Below, one piece after another: positions 50,022 to 58,915 of a DNA stretch of 64,000 nucleotides. The stretch's first letter is position 1. The number at the start of each line of letters is the position of its first letter. Both the position numbers and the translations under genes were made by a program. Source of the DNA: an uncultured archaeon. GTDB lineage: Archaea; Asgardarchaeota; Heimdallarchaeia; Heimdallarchaeales; Heimdallarchaeaceae. The stretch covers positions 32,001 through 96,000 of the forward strand of contig CAZHRF010000005.1 of NCBI GenBank assembly GCA_964534625.1. Reading direction: 5' to 3'. The notes beneath the pieces were generated by a model. It searched no databases, was not told the DNA's origin, and worked only from the letters and a program-made list of their open reading frames with translations.

Positions 50022-51989
50022 ATGCCACTAACAGAGTTAATTGATCAAATTTCTTTAGAACTATCCGGAATACGAACAAAAAAAGTTATCGAAAAGATTA
50101 TTCAGTATCACAGAATTCAAGCGAGCACTCCGTTTTTTGAGAGTTTGAAATTTATTAAGAGCAAACTAGAAGATTATGGAGATAAGAAAGCCCATATTCA
50201 CGAATATATAGCTGATGGTACTAAACGAGTTTATAATTGGTCTTCCCCGCTCTCATGGGATATTACAAGTGGTAAACTCAAGCTAATAGAACCAAAAGAA
50301 GAAATACTTGCAGATTTTTCTATTGAACCAGAAAGTATCTGTACACATTCAAAACCAGTAGAATCGGTGATTGCAGAAGTTGTACATATTGGGAAAGCAA
50401 CAGATGAAGATCTAAAGAATGATATTTGTGGAAAAGTTGTACTAACTTCAGGTGCTCCACGGTCCTTAATTGAAAAATTAGCAGAAAAAAAAGCTAGCGG
50501 CATTATAGCTTATCCGTCTTTAGAAAAAGCTGGAAAGTATCATGAAATGATCAGATATGTTGGATTATGGCCAGATGCAGATAATTTGTCAAAGAGTTCT
50601 TGGGGCTTCTCTATTTCGACCAAAAAAGCTCTTGAACTCATAAACTATCTAAAAGAAGGCAAAAAAATTGTAGTTGAAGCAAACATAGATTCCAAACTAT
50701 ATCCGGGCAAACTACATGTTTTAAGTACTGTTATCAAAGGTTCAAAAGAACCAAATAAAGAGATCATATTATGTGCACATATATGTCATCCGAAACCTTC
50801 AGCTAATGACAATGCATCAGGTAGCGCTCTATTGTTAGAGATATACAAAACTATTTCATCCTTAATCAAACACCACAAAATTGATCGACCAGATATTTCA
50901 ATTCGATTTTTGTGGGTTCCTGAGTTTCACGGTACTATTCCATGGATTCAACAAATGAAAAAGAGAGGAGATTTTGAACCATTAACTTGTTTGAACTTGG
51001 ATATGGTTGGTGAGGACCCACAATTAATTGGATATCCTTTTGTTGTCTCTCAAACTAGTATCACAACGCCATCTATTATTAATGATCTTATAACAGCACT
51101 CCTTGATATTATCAAAGATGATAAACGACTAACTGAACCAAATGGCTGGCAGAGACCGTGGAATTATAGAATGAAACCCTATTCTGGTGGCTCTGATCAT
51201 ATACTTTTTACAGATGAACCACTTAGAATCCCTGCTGTTATGTTTGGTCATCCAGATCAATTTCATCACACAAATCTAGATACAATTGACAAAGTTGATA
51301 CAACGACTTTAAAACGTGTAGGAGTCTTGACAGTACTTACAGTACTTATTTTAGATTCACCAACTAAATATCAAAATATTTATCTAAAAGGCTATTGGCA
51401 TGGGTTCCATAAACGAAGAGCAAATCTATTTTTATTATTAGAGAAATACAAGAATTATAATCAGAATAATAATTACGGTGATCATCCGATAGATTTATAC
51501 AAACAACTTATAGACTATGCTCTTTACTTCGAATTTCGTATACTCGATTCTTTGACACATAAAGAAGTCATTAAAACAGTCAAAGACATTGTTAAAAATG
51601 ATTATCAAAACATTATGAAACTATTTTCCACTTATATTGAAAAAAACGAATTGGCTAGTAAAAAAGAACAACTAACTAATAAGATGGAACTTGTCCCAAA
51701 AAGATTGTGGAAAGGTCCCATTAATTATAAAGTATTGAGTAAATTAGAAAAACCGGAAATGAAAGATGTTGAGAAAGAGGACATTAACAAACTATATGAT
51801 TTCCTTAAAAATGAACATTATGATTATGGAGGATTTGTTCTTGAGCTTATAAATTTAATTAATAATAAAAGAACATTATCTGAAATTTATGTTTCACTCT
51901 GTTTTGCTACTGCTGATATAATTGACATTTCTTCATTGATTGCTTTTTATGAGAAACTCGCTGAAATAGAATTAATTTCACTTCATTAA
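50022..51989 (+). CDS. M28-family metallopeptidase with PA domain (DUF4910-like)
   Basis: YHRIQAS, AHICHP..ANDNASG, VPE, NLDMVG, GGSDH, HHTNLD. Confidence 0.85.
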   Translation: MPLTELIDQISLELSGIRTKKVIEKIIQYHRIQASTPFFESLKFIKSKLEDYGDKKAHIHEYIADGTKRVYNWSSPLSWDITSGKLKLIEPKEEILADFSIEPESICTHSKPVESVIAEVVHIGKATDEDLKNDICGKVVLTSGAPRSLIEKLAEKKASGIIAYPSLEKAGKYHEMIRYVGLWPDADNLSKSSWGFSISTKKALELINYLKEGKKIVVEANIDSKLYPGKLHVLSTVIKGSKEPNKEIILCAHICHPKPSANDNASGSALLLEIYKTISSLIKHHKIDRPDISIRFLWVPEFHGTIPWIQQMKKRGDFEPLTCLNLDMVGEDPQLIGYPFVVSQTSITTPSIINDLITALLDIIKDDKRLTEPNGWQRPWNYRMKPYSGGSDHILFTDEPLRIPAVMFGHPDQFHHTNLDTIDKVDTTTLKRVGVLTVLTVLILDSPTKYQNIYLKGYWHGFHKRRANLFLLLEKYKNYNQNNNYGDHPIDLYKQLIDYALYFEFRILDSLTHKEVIKTVKDIVKNDYQNIMKLFSTYIEKNELASKKEQLTNKMELVPKRLWKGPINYKVLSKLEKPEMKDVEKEDINKLYDFLKNEHYDYGGFVLELINLINNKRTLSEIYVSLCFATADIIDISSLIAFYEKLAEIELISLH

Positions 51990-52064
51990 AATGATAAATG
52001 GCAGAAGCAAACTATTTTAATATAAGAGAGAGAAATTAAATGTGTAAAATACGAGAAGATTAAA

Positions 52065-52973
52065 ATGTCTAATAAAGAGATTAAATCACTAATTAGTAGC
52101 GTATCTATGCTTAAAAATATGATGGAGAGTATTATTGATGGTGTTCAAGAACGATTGCAAGATTATGATGATGTTGTTGAAAAGTTATCGAATAGATTGG
52201 ATGCTATTGAGGATAAGACAGAACAATTAAAGTTGGATTTAAATTCTTTTCGACAGAACAACTTATCTAAGTCTACTGAAAGTAATAACTTAGCACAAAT
52301 TCAAAAGCGTCTAGAAGTATTCGATAAACGTTTATCTGAGATTGAAATTTCAAGAAAGGATCTTAAAACATCTTTGAAAGAGCAAACACCAGCACCAAAA
52401 ACACCAGCACCAGAAACACCAGCACCAGAAACACCAGCACCGACACCAGCACCAAAAACACCAGCACCGACACCAGCACCAAAAACACCAGCACCAGAAA
52501 CACCAGCACCAGAAACACCAGCACCGACACCAGCACCAAAAACACCAGCACCGACACCAGCACCAAAAACACCAGCACCAGAAACACCAGCACCGACACC
52601 AACCGCCATACCAAAACCAAAGCCAATGCAAACAGAATCAGAATCAGCACCAGTCGTACAAGAAATACCCGAAAGAGAAACAAAAGCAGAAATATCGGTA
52701 TCTAAAACACCCAAAGTGGATGAAGTGAAAGAGCGTGAGGTAAGCCCAATATCTAAAGATGTAAAAGGGAACATTCCTTCTCCCTCAAAAGCTGCTCCGA
52801 CATCGACAGCGCCAATACCAGCACCAGAAACACCAACACCAAAGATATCAAGACAGCAAGATTATGATAAACTTGCACCAGAAAAAAAACTTTCTGCAGA
52901 ATTGTTTGATAAAAAAGTTTCTGGCGAAAAGGCAGAATTACTCGACGCATTAAAAAAACTTGAGGATATATAG
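52065..52973 (+). CDS. Coiled-coil protein with a Pro/Thr-rich repeat linker and a C-terminal amphipathic helix
   Basis: About 100-aa heptad N-terminus, 15 TPAP units, C-terminus EKAELLDALKKLEDI; no TM segment or signal peptide. Confidence 0.75.
   Translation: MSNKEIKSLISSVSMLKNMMESIIDGVQERLQDYDDVVEKLSNRLDAIEDKTEQLKLDLNSFRQNNLSKSTESNNLAQIQKRLEVFDKRLSEIEISRKDLKTSLKEQTPAPKTPAPETPAPETPAPTPAPKTPAPTPAPKTPAPETPAPETPAPTPAPKTPAPTPAPKTPAPETPAPTPTAIPKPKPMQTESESAPVVQEIPERETKAEISVSKTPKVDEVKEREVSPISKDVKGNIPSPSKAAPTSTAPIPAPETPTPKISRQQDYDKLAPEKKLSAELFDKKVSGEKAELLDALKKLEDI
52386..52595. repeat. Compound minisatellite of 15 units (15-bp TPAPK/TPAPE, 12-bp TPAP) with an 84-bp higher-order period
   Basis: ACACCAGCACC[AAAA|AGAA|G] units in order K,E,E,-,K,- twice, then K,E,-. 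Confidence 0.95.
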
Positions 52974-53018
52974 CTCCTAGAGGAAGTTTCTTATATACAT
53001 GTTAGGGGTTGCTAATTA

Positions 53019-54044
53019 ATGGTACTACCTATTGTTATTTACATTCTATCTTTTGTTATTCCATTAATAATAACGATTACTGTATTCCCTTTTTACATTA
53101 AGATGATGTTAAAGTTTGGTATATATGGAGTTGATATCCATAAAGAAGAAAAACCAAAAGTAGCAGAGATGGGTGGTATTGTTATGATATTTGCTATAGT
53201 CATAACAGGCGTTATTACTATATTTTTGGTCCCAAGCTCAGAGGACAAAGTATCGATAGCAATTTTTTGCATGGTTGTTTCTATAGCAGCTATTGTTGGT
53301 TTTATTGATGATGTTAAACCTTTAAATGCCATTCTCAAACCAGTATTGTTACTATTTGCTTCAATCCCCATAATTATTTCCAAGAAATATAGACCAGAAC
53401 CCGTTCTCCCTTTCATTGGAAGAACGAGGTTAACAATAGTCTACTTAATACTCTTACCTTTTGTTATTTCTGTACCTGCAAATGCAGTAAACATGCTTGA
53501 TGTTTTTAATGGATCAATGGCTAGTACTGTAATAATTTTACTTGTTATTATTCTTATTTCTAGGATGATAATTTTTGGAATTAATTTTAATGATGTCACT
53601 ATTTCAATTATATTTATTTTAATTATTATCGGTACGTTAATTGGATTTTGGATCTACAATCGATATCCCGCAAAAATTTTTGCAGGCGATACTGGTTCTC
53701 TATCCATTGGTGCTGCCATAGGTGCAATAGCTGTTATGGGAGAACTTGAAATAGTTACTATTATTGCCATGATACCCTTTATTATGAATTCATTTAGCAT
53801 AATTAGTAGTTTGAAGGGATTTGTTGAAAGAAGAAATATGCCAGCTAGACCAACAGAAATGACAAGTGATTGGAAAATAAAAAGTTCGGACAATCCTCGT
53901 GCGCCTATTACCCTAGTCGGCTTAATATTACAAAAAGGTCCTTTACGCGAAAATGATATTGTAAAGGGTTTTAATATTTTAACGATATTCAGTGGCATTC
54001 TAGCTATTTTAACTGCAATACTTATTCGCTTGGTGATACAATGA
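53019..54044 (+). CDS. UDP-GlcNAc:dolichyl-phosphate GlcNAc-1-P transferase (AglH/DPAGT1-like, GT4/MraY family)
   Basis: GVDIHK..KPKVAEMGG, GFIDD, NAVNMLDVFNG, NRYPAKIFAGDTG. Confidence 0.9.
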   Translation: MVLPIVIYILSFVIPLIITITVFPFYIKMMLKFGIYGVDIHKEEKPKVAEMGGIVMIFAIVITGVITIFLVPSSEDKVSIAIFCMVVSIAAIVGFIDDVKPLNAILKPVLLLFASIPIIISKKYRPEPVLPFIGRTRLTIVYLILLPFVISVPANAVNMLDVFNGSMASTVIILLVIILISRMIIFGINFNDVTISIIFILIIIGTLIGFWIYNRYPAKIFAGDTGSLSIGAAIGAIAVMGELEIVTIIAMIPFIMNSFSIISSLKGFVERRNMPARPTEMTSDWKIKSSDNPRAPITLVGLILQKGPLRENDIVKGFNILTIFSGILAILTAILIRLVIQ

Positions 54045-54283
54045 ATTATTTTAAAATTATCCCGAAATTGATTAAACTATATTTGCTTGAGATATATGTT
54101 TTTATAACGTTTTTAGCCATATGTGCACTTATTAATGGATTAATCGTCAATGTTTCTAATCCTCATGACTTTTTTTATGCATTTTTAGTTGGTTTATTCA
54201 AAGTTGGAACTAGTTTCTTACTTGTGGCTATATGGTTGATTTCATGGTACTATATTACCAAAAAAATGATTAAGCAAAAGTAA
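54041..54283 (+). CDS. Small two-TM membrane protein, translationally coupled to the GT4 gene
   Basis: ATGA start/stop overlap; two hydrophobic helices and a basic C-terminus. Confidence 0.65.
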   Translation: MNYFKIIPKLIKLYLLEIYVFITFLAICALINGLIVNVSNPHDFFYAFLVGLFKVGTSFLLVAIWLISWYYITKKMIKQK

Positions 54284-54305
54284 AAAGAAAATGATATTAG
54301 TAAAT

Positions 54306-54965
54306 TCAACTTGGTAGTTGTAAAAGATATAATCTTTTTTTCAATTTATGATACTTTTTAGCGAATTCAATACTAGAAATATCATAATCCTCAAATTGAT
54401 TTTCTATTGCAAATAATTGATTTTCAATCTCTAATATTTCATCATCAAGTTTTTTATGTTTTTCCTGCTCTATAGTTTGTTCTGAAAGATTGCGATTTTT
54501 CTTACTTGTTATATCTCTTAATTCTTTTTCTTTTTGTTCAACCAAAGTTGCAAGATGGTCTCTTTGTGATAATAATGGCGTTAGTTGCTCTTTTGGTTGT
54601 ATTTGTTGTCTCATACTTGGCTTTGCTAGCACTCTCCCTCTCACTTTTGAAAATAGTCTTTGTGTTTCGACCATCACTTGAAAAAGATGGTAATTGGGTC
54701 GCCATCTTGCTAACATCCTCATCGAGAGAATACCATTTTCTACATTCGGATGAGATATAGGTGTTTTAACATAAACTATTGGAGGAACACTTGGGAAATT
54801 TTCAGGTAATACTATTTCAAGTGCAACCATTGCTGTACCAGTTTGAGTTATCATCTTAACAAAGCCTCTCCAACGTTTTAGATTACCATCAATTGGTTCA
54901 AATCCATAAGCTCGTTCATAAACAAATGCAGCTTCTCTGACAAGAATTTCATCGGGGATTACCAT
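54306..54965 (-). CDS. UEV-Vps23/TSG101-like ESCRT-I subunit
   Basis: UBC fold (LPENFPSVPP, HPNV, W.P) with Ser in place of the catalytic Cys (NGILSMRML), a coiled coil, and a steadiness-box-like C-terminus (ISSIEFAKKYHKLKKRLYLL). Confidence 0.85.
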   Translation of the reverse strand: MVIPDEILVREAAFVYERAYGFEPIDGNLKRWRGFVKMITQTGTAMVALEIVLPENFPSVPPIVYVKTPISHPNVENGILSMRMLARWRPNYHLFQVMVETQRLFSKVRGRVLAKPSMRQQIQPKEQLTPLLSQRDHLATLVEQKEKELRDITSKKNRNLSEQTIEQEKHKKLDDEILEIENQLFAIENQFEDYDISSIEFAKKYHKLKKRLYLLQLPS

Positions 54966-55117
54966 ATTATCCTCTTCTCCTAATACGTGTTAATATACAC
55001 ACTATTGTATTTATACATTATCTTTCAACTTAGAAATAATCAATGGCATATTATTTGTAAATCTCAAAACAGTAGGAGGTTTTTTAAAGACAGATTCTGG
55101 TAGTTTTTTGATCATCT

Positions 55118-56950
55118 ATGACCCGTATTGCAGTAATTGACCAAGAAACATGTAAACCAGATAAATGCGGAAAAGTATGCTACAAATATTGTCCTGTAGT
55201 CAGAACAGGTAAAGACTGCATCACTTTTGATCCACCAGAAAAGAAAGCAGTTATTCACGAAAATCTCTGTACAGGGTGTGGGATTTGTCCAAAAAAATGT
55301 CCTTTTGAATGTATCAAAATTATTAACTTACCTGAAGAATTAGATGATCAAGTTACTCACAGATATAGTCAAAATGGTTTTAAACTCCATCGTCTTCCTA
55401 TGCCAAAACTTGGATCTGCAATAGGTCTTGTTGGTCAAAATGGTTCTGGTAAGACCACAACCTTAAACATTCTTCAAGGGAGACTGAAACCAAATTTAGG
55501 GAAATATGAACATCCTCCCGAATGGGATGAGATAATTCAACATTACCGAGGAACGGTCATTCAGACATATTTTGAAGAATTAGTCAACAATAATCTTAAG
55601 GTTATATTGAAACCTCAAAATGTTGATAAACTCCCCAAAGTGATCAAGGGCACCGTTTCTGATTTAATTAAAAAGGCGGATGAGAGGGAAATTAGTGATG
55701 AACTAAAGGACGTTTTTTCTCTCAACAAAGTTTGGGATCGTGATATCTCAACCCTTAGTGGAGGGGAATTACAAAGACTCGCTTGTGCAGCAGCGGTAGC
55801 TAGAGAAGCCGATGTTTATCTTTTCGATGAACCAACGTCCTACTTAGATGTTAAGGAACGTGTAAAAATTGCGGATTATATAAATGGTATGCAATCACCA
55901 GAACGAACTATTGTTGTTGTAGAACATGATCTTGCAATGCTTGATTATTTAAGTGAACAAGTTTGTTTATATTATGGCAATGCGGGAGCATATGGTATTG
56001 TATCCCACCCTTATTCTGTGAGAGAGGGAATCAATGTTTTTCTCGATGGCTATATTCCCTCGGAAAACATGCGTTTTCGACCAGAACCCATCATATTCAA
56101 AAAAGCGAGTCAAGAAGACAGAATTGCTTCAGAAAGAGTTGCCATAAAATATGGTAATATGACAAAAAAATTCGAGAACTTTAAATTAGAGGTTCAAGGA
56201 GGAGAATTACGAAAAGGTGAAGTAGTTGGTATCATTGGACCGAATGGTATTGGAAAAACAACATTTATTAAAATGCTTGCTGGTTCTTTAGAGCCCACCA
56301 AAATGGAAGAACCAGTTCAGTTGATTAGTGGTTCTGGAGATAAAGAACTCCAAAAAGAAGCTGAAAGTATTACTATCTCTGCAAAGCCACAATACCTTTA
56401 TACTGAATCTGAAGAAACAGTCGATTCATATCTTAGAAATATCAATCAAATGATGACTTCAAGTGCCTGGCATAAAAGTGAGATTATAAGACCATTAGGC
56501 GTTACAAAAGTCATGAATAGCCGGTTGTGTGATCTATCTGGTGGTGAGTTGCAAAGAGTAGCTATTGCTGGGTGTTTGGGCAAAAAAGCGCATCTTTATT
56601 TATTAGATGAACCTTCAGCGTATATATCCGCAGAAGATCGCGTTACAGTAGCTAAAGTCATAAAACGAGTTGCTCTTCATTATGAAATGCCCATGGCAGT
56701 TGTAGAACATGATGTTATGTTGTTGAATTTTGTTAGTGATCGTTTAATGGTCTTTGATGGAAAACCAAGTGTCGAAGGAAAAGTATCTCGAATTAGAACT
56801 CTTCAGGACGGAATGAATACATTCCTTAAAAAAATGGATCTAACATTTAGACAAGACCCTAGAACCTTACGACCACGTGTCAATAAGAGAGGGTCTCAAT
56901 TAGATAAAAAACAAAAAGCACAAGGAAGATATTTTATGGTAGCAAAATAA
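55118..56950 (+). CDS. Ribosome recycling ATPase ABCE1/Rli1
   Basis: N-terminal Fe-S cysteines (CKPDKC...C..YCP, CTGCGICPKKCP), two ABC domains with LSGGELQR. Confidence 0.97.
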   Translation: MTRIAVIDQETCKPDKCGKVCYKYCPVVRTGKDCITFDPPEKKAVIHENLCTGCGICPKKCPFECIKIINLPEELDDQVTHRYSQNGFKLHRLPMPKLGSAIGLVGQNGSGKTTTLNILQGRLKPNLGKYEHPPEWDEIIQHYRGTVIQTYFEELVNNNLKVILKPQNVDKLPKVIKGTVSDLIKKADEREISDELKDVFSLNKVWDRDISTLSGGELQRLACAAAVAREADVYLFDEPTSYLDVKERVKIADYINGMQSPERTIVVVEHDLAMLDYLSEQVCLYYGNAGAYGIVSHPYSVREGINVFLDGYIPSENMRFRPEPIIFKKASQEDRIASERVAIKYGNMTKKFENFKLEVQGGELRKGEVVGIIGPNGIGKTTFIKMLAGSLEPTKMEEPVQLISGSGDKELQKEAESITISAKPQYLYTESEETVDSYLRNINQMMTSSAWHKSEIIRPLGVTKVMNSRLCDLSGGELQRVAIAGCLGKKAHLYLLDEPSAYISAEDRVTVAKVIKRVALHYEMPMAVVEHDVMLLNFVSDRLMVFDGKPSVEGKVSRIRTLQDGMNTFLKKMDLTFRQDPRTLRPRVNKRGSQLDKKQKAQGRYFMVAK

Positions 56951-56953
56951 ACT

Positions 56954-57397
56954 TCAACCAGTTTGTTTTTTCTTAAGATGATTAAACCACCCAGGTACCT
57001 TTAAGTCTTCCTTGTTTATACTATCGCCAGGTAAATAAGGTTTTATATCTAAAATGGGAGTGCCATCTATTGCATCAATTCGATCGATATAAATACGGCT
57101 ATCTTCTATTTTTTCTAGTTTCACTTTTGTCAATCCAATCGGATTTGGTCTACTGGGGCTCCTACATGAAAAAACACCCGTTTTTATTTGTTCTTTAAGT
57201 CTGGGGGGAGTAGTCACTAATTTTGTTCTATCATCTGAAGTATCACGCCTAGAAATCCACCATAATACGAATAGATGCGAAAATTGATCAAGATCTTTTA
57301 ATCCCTCTACAAATTCCTCGTTTATCTCGATAAAACAAGCATACTTCTCAATACAAACTTTTCCTATTTCATAAACCATGTAACTCATATTAACCAA
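56954..57397 (-). CDS. tsaA: tRNA m6t6A37 methyltransferase TrmO/TsaA
   Basis: FSHL.VLWW, GVFSCRSP.RPNPIGL, DAIDGTPILDIKPY. Confidence 0.92.
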   Translation of the reverse strand: MVNMSYMVYEIGKVCIEKYACFIEINEEFVEGLKDLDQFSHLFVLWWISRRDTSDDRTKLVTTPPRLKEQIKTGVFSCRSPSRPNPIGLTKVKLEKIEDSRIYIDRIDAIDGTPILDIKPYLPGDSINKEDLKVPGWFNHLKKKQTG

Positions 57398-57522
57398 CTA
57401 AACATGCTAACAATTTCTTTTGAATGTTTCCTTATGAATGAATCAAATGGAATATTTTAGTTAAATAACAAAATTCAACAACATCATAAGCTTTAAAATG
57501 AGTTTTTTAAATTGGAACTTAA

Positions 57523-57554
57523 CTAACGAGATGTCGTAAGGAATCGTTAGGTGA
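57523..57554 (+). promoter_or_regulatory. Leader hairpin overlapping the rpl15e SD
   Basis: CTAACGA (57523-57529) pairs with TCGTTAG (57544-57550); SD AGGTGA begins at 57549. Confidence 0.45.
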
Positions 57555-57559
57555 TTATT

Positions 57560-58189
57560 ATGGTAAAAAGTATGTATTCATATGTAGCTGAATTTTGGCG
57601 AAATAGAGAATCTCCAGAGTTCATTGAATTAAGTAAAAAGAGGATAATTCAATGGAGAAGAGAAGGAGCACTGGAAAGAATTGAACACCCAACCAGAATT
57701 GATCGAGCACGAAGTTTAGGCTACCGAGCAAAACCCGGATATATAATAGTTCGTAGTCGCGTTAGAAAAGGCGGTAGAAGGAAAAAAAGACCAGTTAGAG
57801 GTAGAAAAAGCAGAAACTTGGGTGTAAACAAGACAACGCCAAAGAAGAGCATTAAGCTTATTGCAGAGGAACGGGCAAATAGGAAGTATTCCAACTTGGA
57901 AGTTTTGAACAGTTATTTTGTTGGACAAGATGGTACTCATAAGTGGTTTGAGATTATATTTGTTGATCCACAACATCCAGTTATAGCGAAAGATCCAAGA
58001 ATAAATTGGATTTCAACCTATGAATACCGTGGAGATAAGAAATATTATCTTAAAAAACCCAAACATAGGGGAAGAGTTTATAGAGGTAAAACTAGAGCAG
58101 GCAAAAAAATGAGAGGTCAAACCACTAAAAGAAAAGGAACAGAAAAGAATAGACCCTCATTAAGAGCACACGGAAGACGAGGAAACTAG
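57560..58189 (+). CDS. rpl15e: Ribosomal protein eL15
   Basis: PTRIDRARSLGYRAK.G, AEERA, LEVLNSY, KWFEII.VDP; start at ATG 57560. Confidence 0.97.
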   Translation: MVKSMYSYVAEFWRNRESPEFIELSKKRIIQWRREGALERIEHPTRIDRARSLGYRAKPGYIIVRSRVRKGGRRKKRPVRGRKSRNLGVNKTTPKKSIKLIAEERANRKYSNLEVLNSYFVGQDGTHKWFEIIFVDPQHPVIAKDPRINWISTYEYRGDKKYYLKKPKHRGRVYRGKTRAGKKMRGQTTKRKGTEKNRPSLRAHGRRGN

Positions 58190-58216
58190 TTTTTTTTTGT
58201 TTTTAAAGTGATTTAA

Positions 58217-58672
58217 ATGAGTATCAGTGTCCATAGAATTAAGATGAGTTTATCAATTCATGCGACAGAAGATAGAGAAAAGGTTCTTTCTACGTTGAAT
58301 CATTTTATTACACCAGAGATACTAGATGAATCTCAAGTTATCCAAGATACGCTTGAGGGTGGATATGGCAATCCAATTCACTTTATAGACATTAACGTTC
58401 AAAAAAAGAAACATGTAAAAAATATCTTCAAGAATATAATTTCAAAACTCTCGGATACAGATAAATCAAAATTATTTAGTGAGTTTAAGGAACGCTTTAA
58501 TGAAGAAGATACAAAATTTTTCATCAGAATTAATAAAGAACAGGCATTTTTACATAATATTCAAGTCAGTAAAAGTCAAAATACTGTCAGAATTGAGATT
58601 AAACTTCAATCTTACAATAAAAATGCAAGCTTTAAGCAATTTTTATGTGATGAAGGATTATTAATTAACTGA
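58217..58672 (+). CDS. Predicted RNA-binding protein (DUF54-like, exosome superoperon-associated)
   Basis: HATED.EKV, GGYGNPI, FFIRINKEQA; conserved position after rpl15e. Confidence 0.85.
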   Translation: MSISVHRIKMSLSIHATEDREKVLSTLNHFITPEILDESQVIQDTLEGGYGNPIHFIDINVQKKKHVKNIFKNIISKLSDTDKSKLFSEFKERFNEEDTKFFIRINKEQAFLHNIQVSKSQNTVRIEIKLQSYNKNASFKQFLCDEGLLIN

Positions 58673-58915
58673 AACACACATGTAACGTTTTCACGTAAGA
58701 GAACATTTAATAAACGTCTAATTTATAATGTTAAATAATCTATTTTTGTCTCTTCCTTAACTTACAAACAAAAATTTAAAATAAAATACCTTTTTATGAA
58801 AGTTAGAGGTTTATAGGATGGATCATGAAATTATACCCCAGCAATAACTTTGCATTTTTACATATATCAAAGATTCATCCGGTTTTTATGACAATTAGTT
58901 CTTATAATTCAGAGG

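Noticed and set aside
52386-52595. CRISPR array
   Set aside because: Units are 12-15 bp, contiguous, in frame and without spacers; no cas genes. The Cas4-like motif at 35793-38777 belongs to Dna2.
52301-52774. Minus-strand ORFs with GAGV, WC and VLVF repeats
   Set aside because: Shadow frames of the TPAP minisatellite on the plus strand.
58816-58880. SECIS element
   Set aside because: No proper helix above the AUGA/GA pairs and no adjacent UGA-containing gene.
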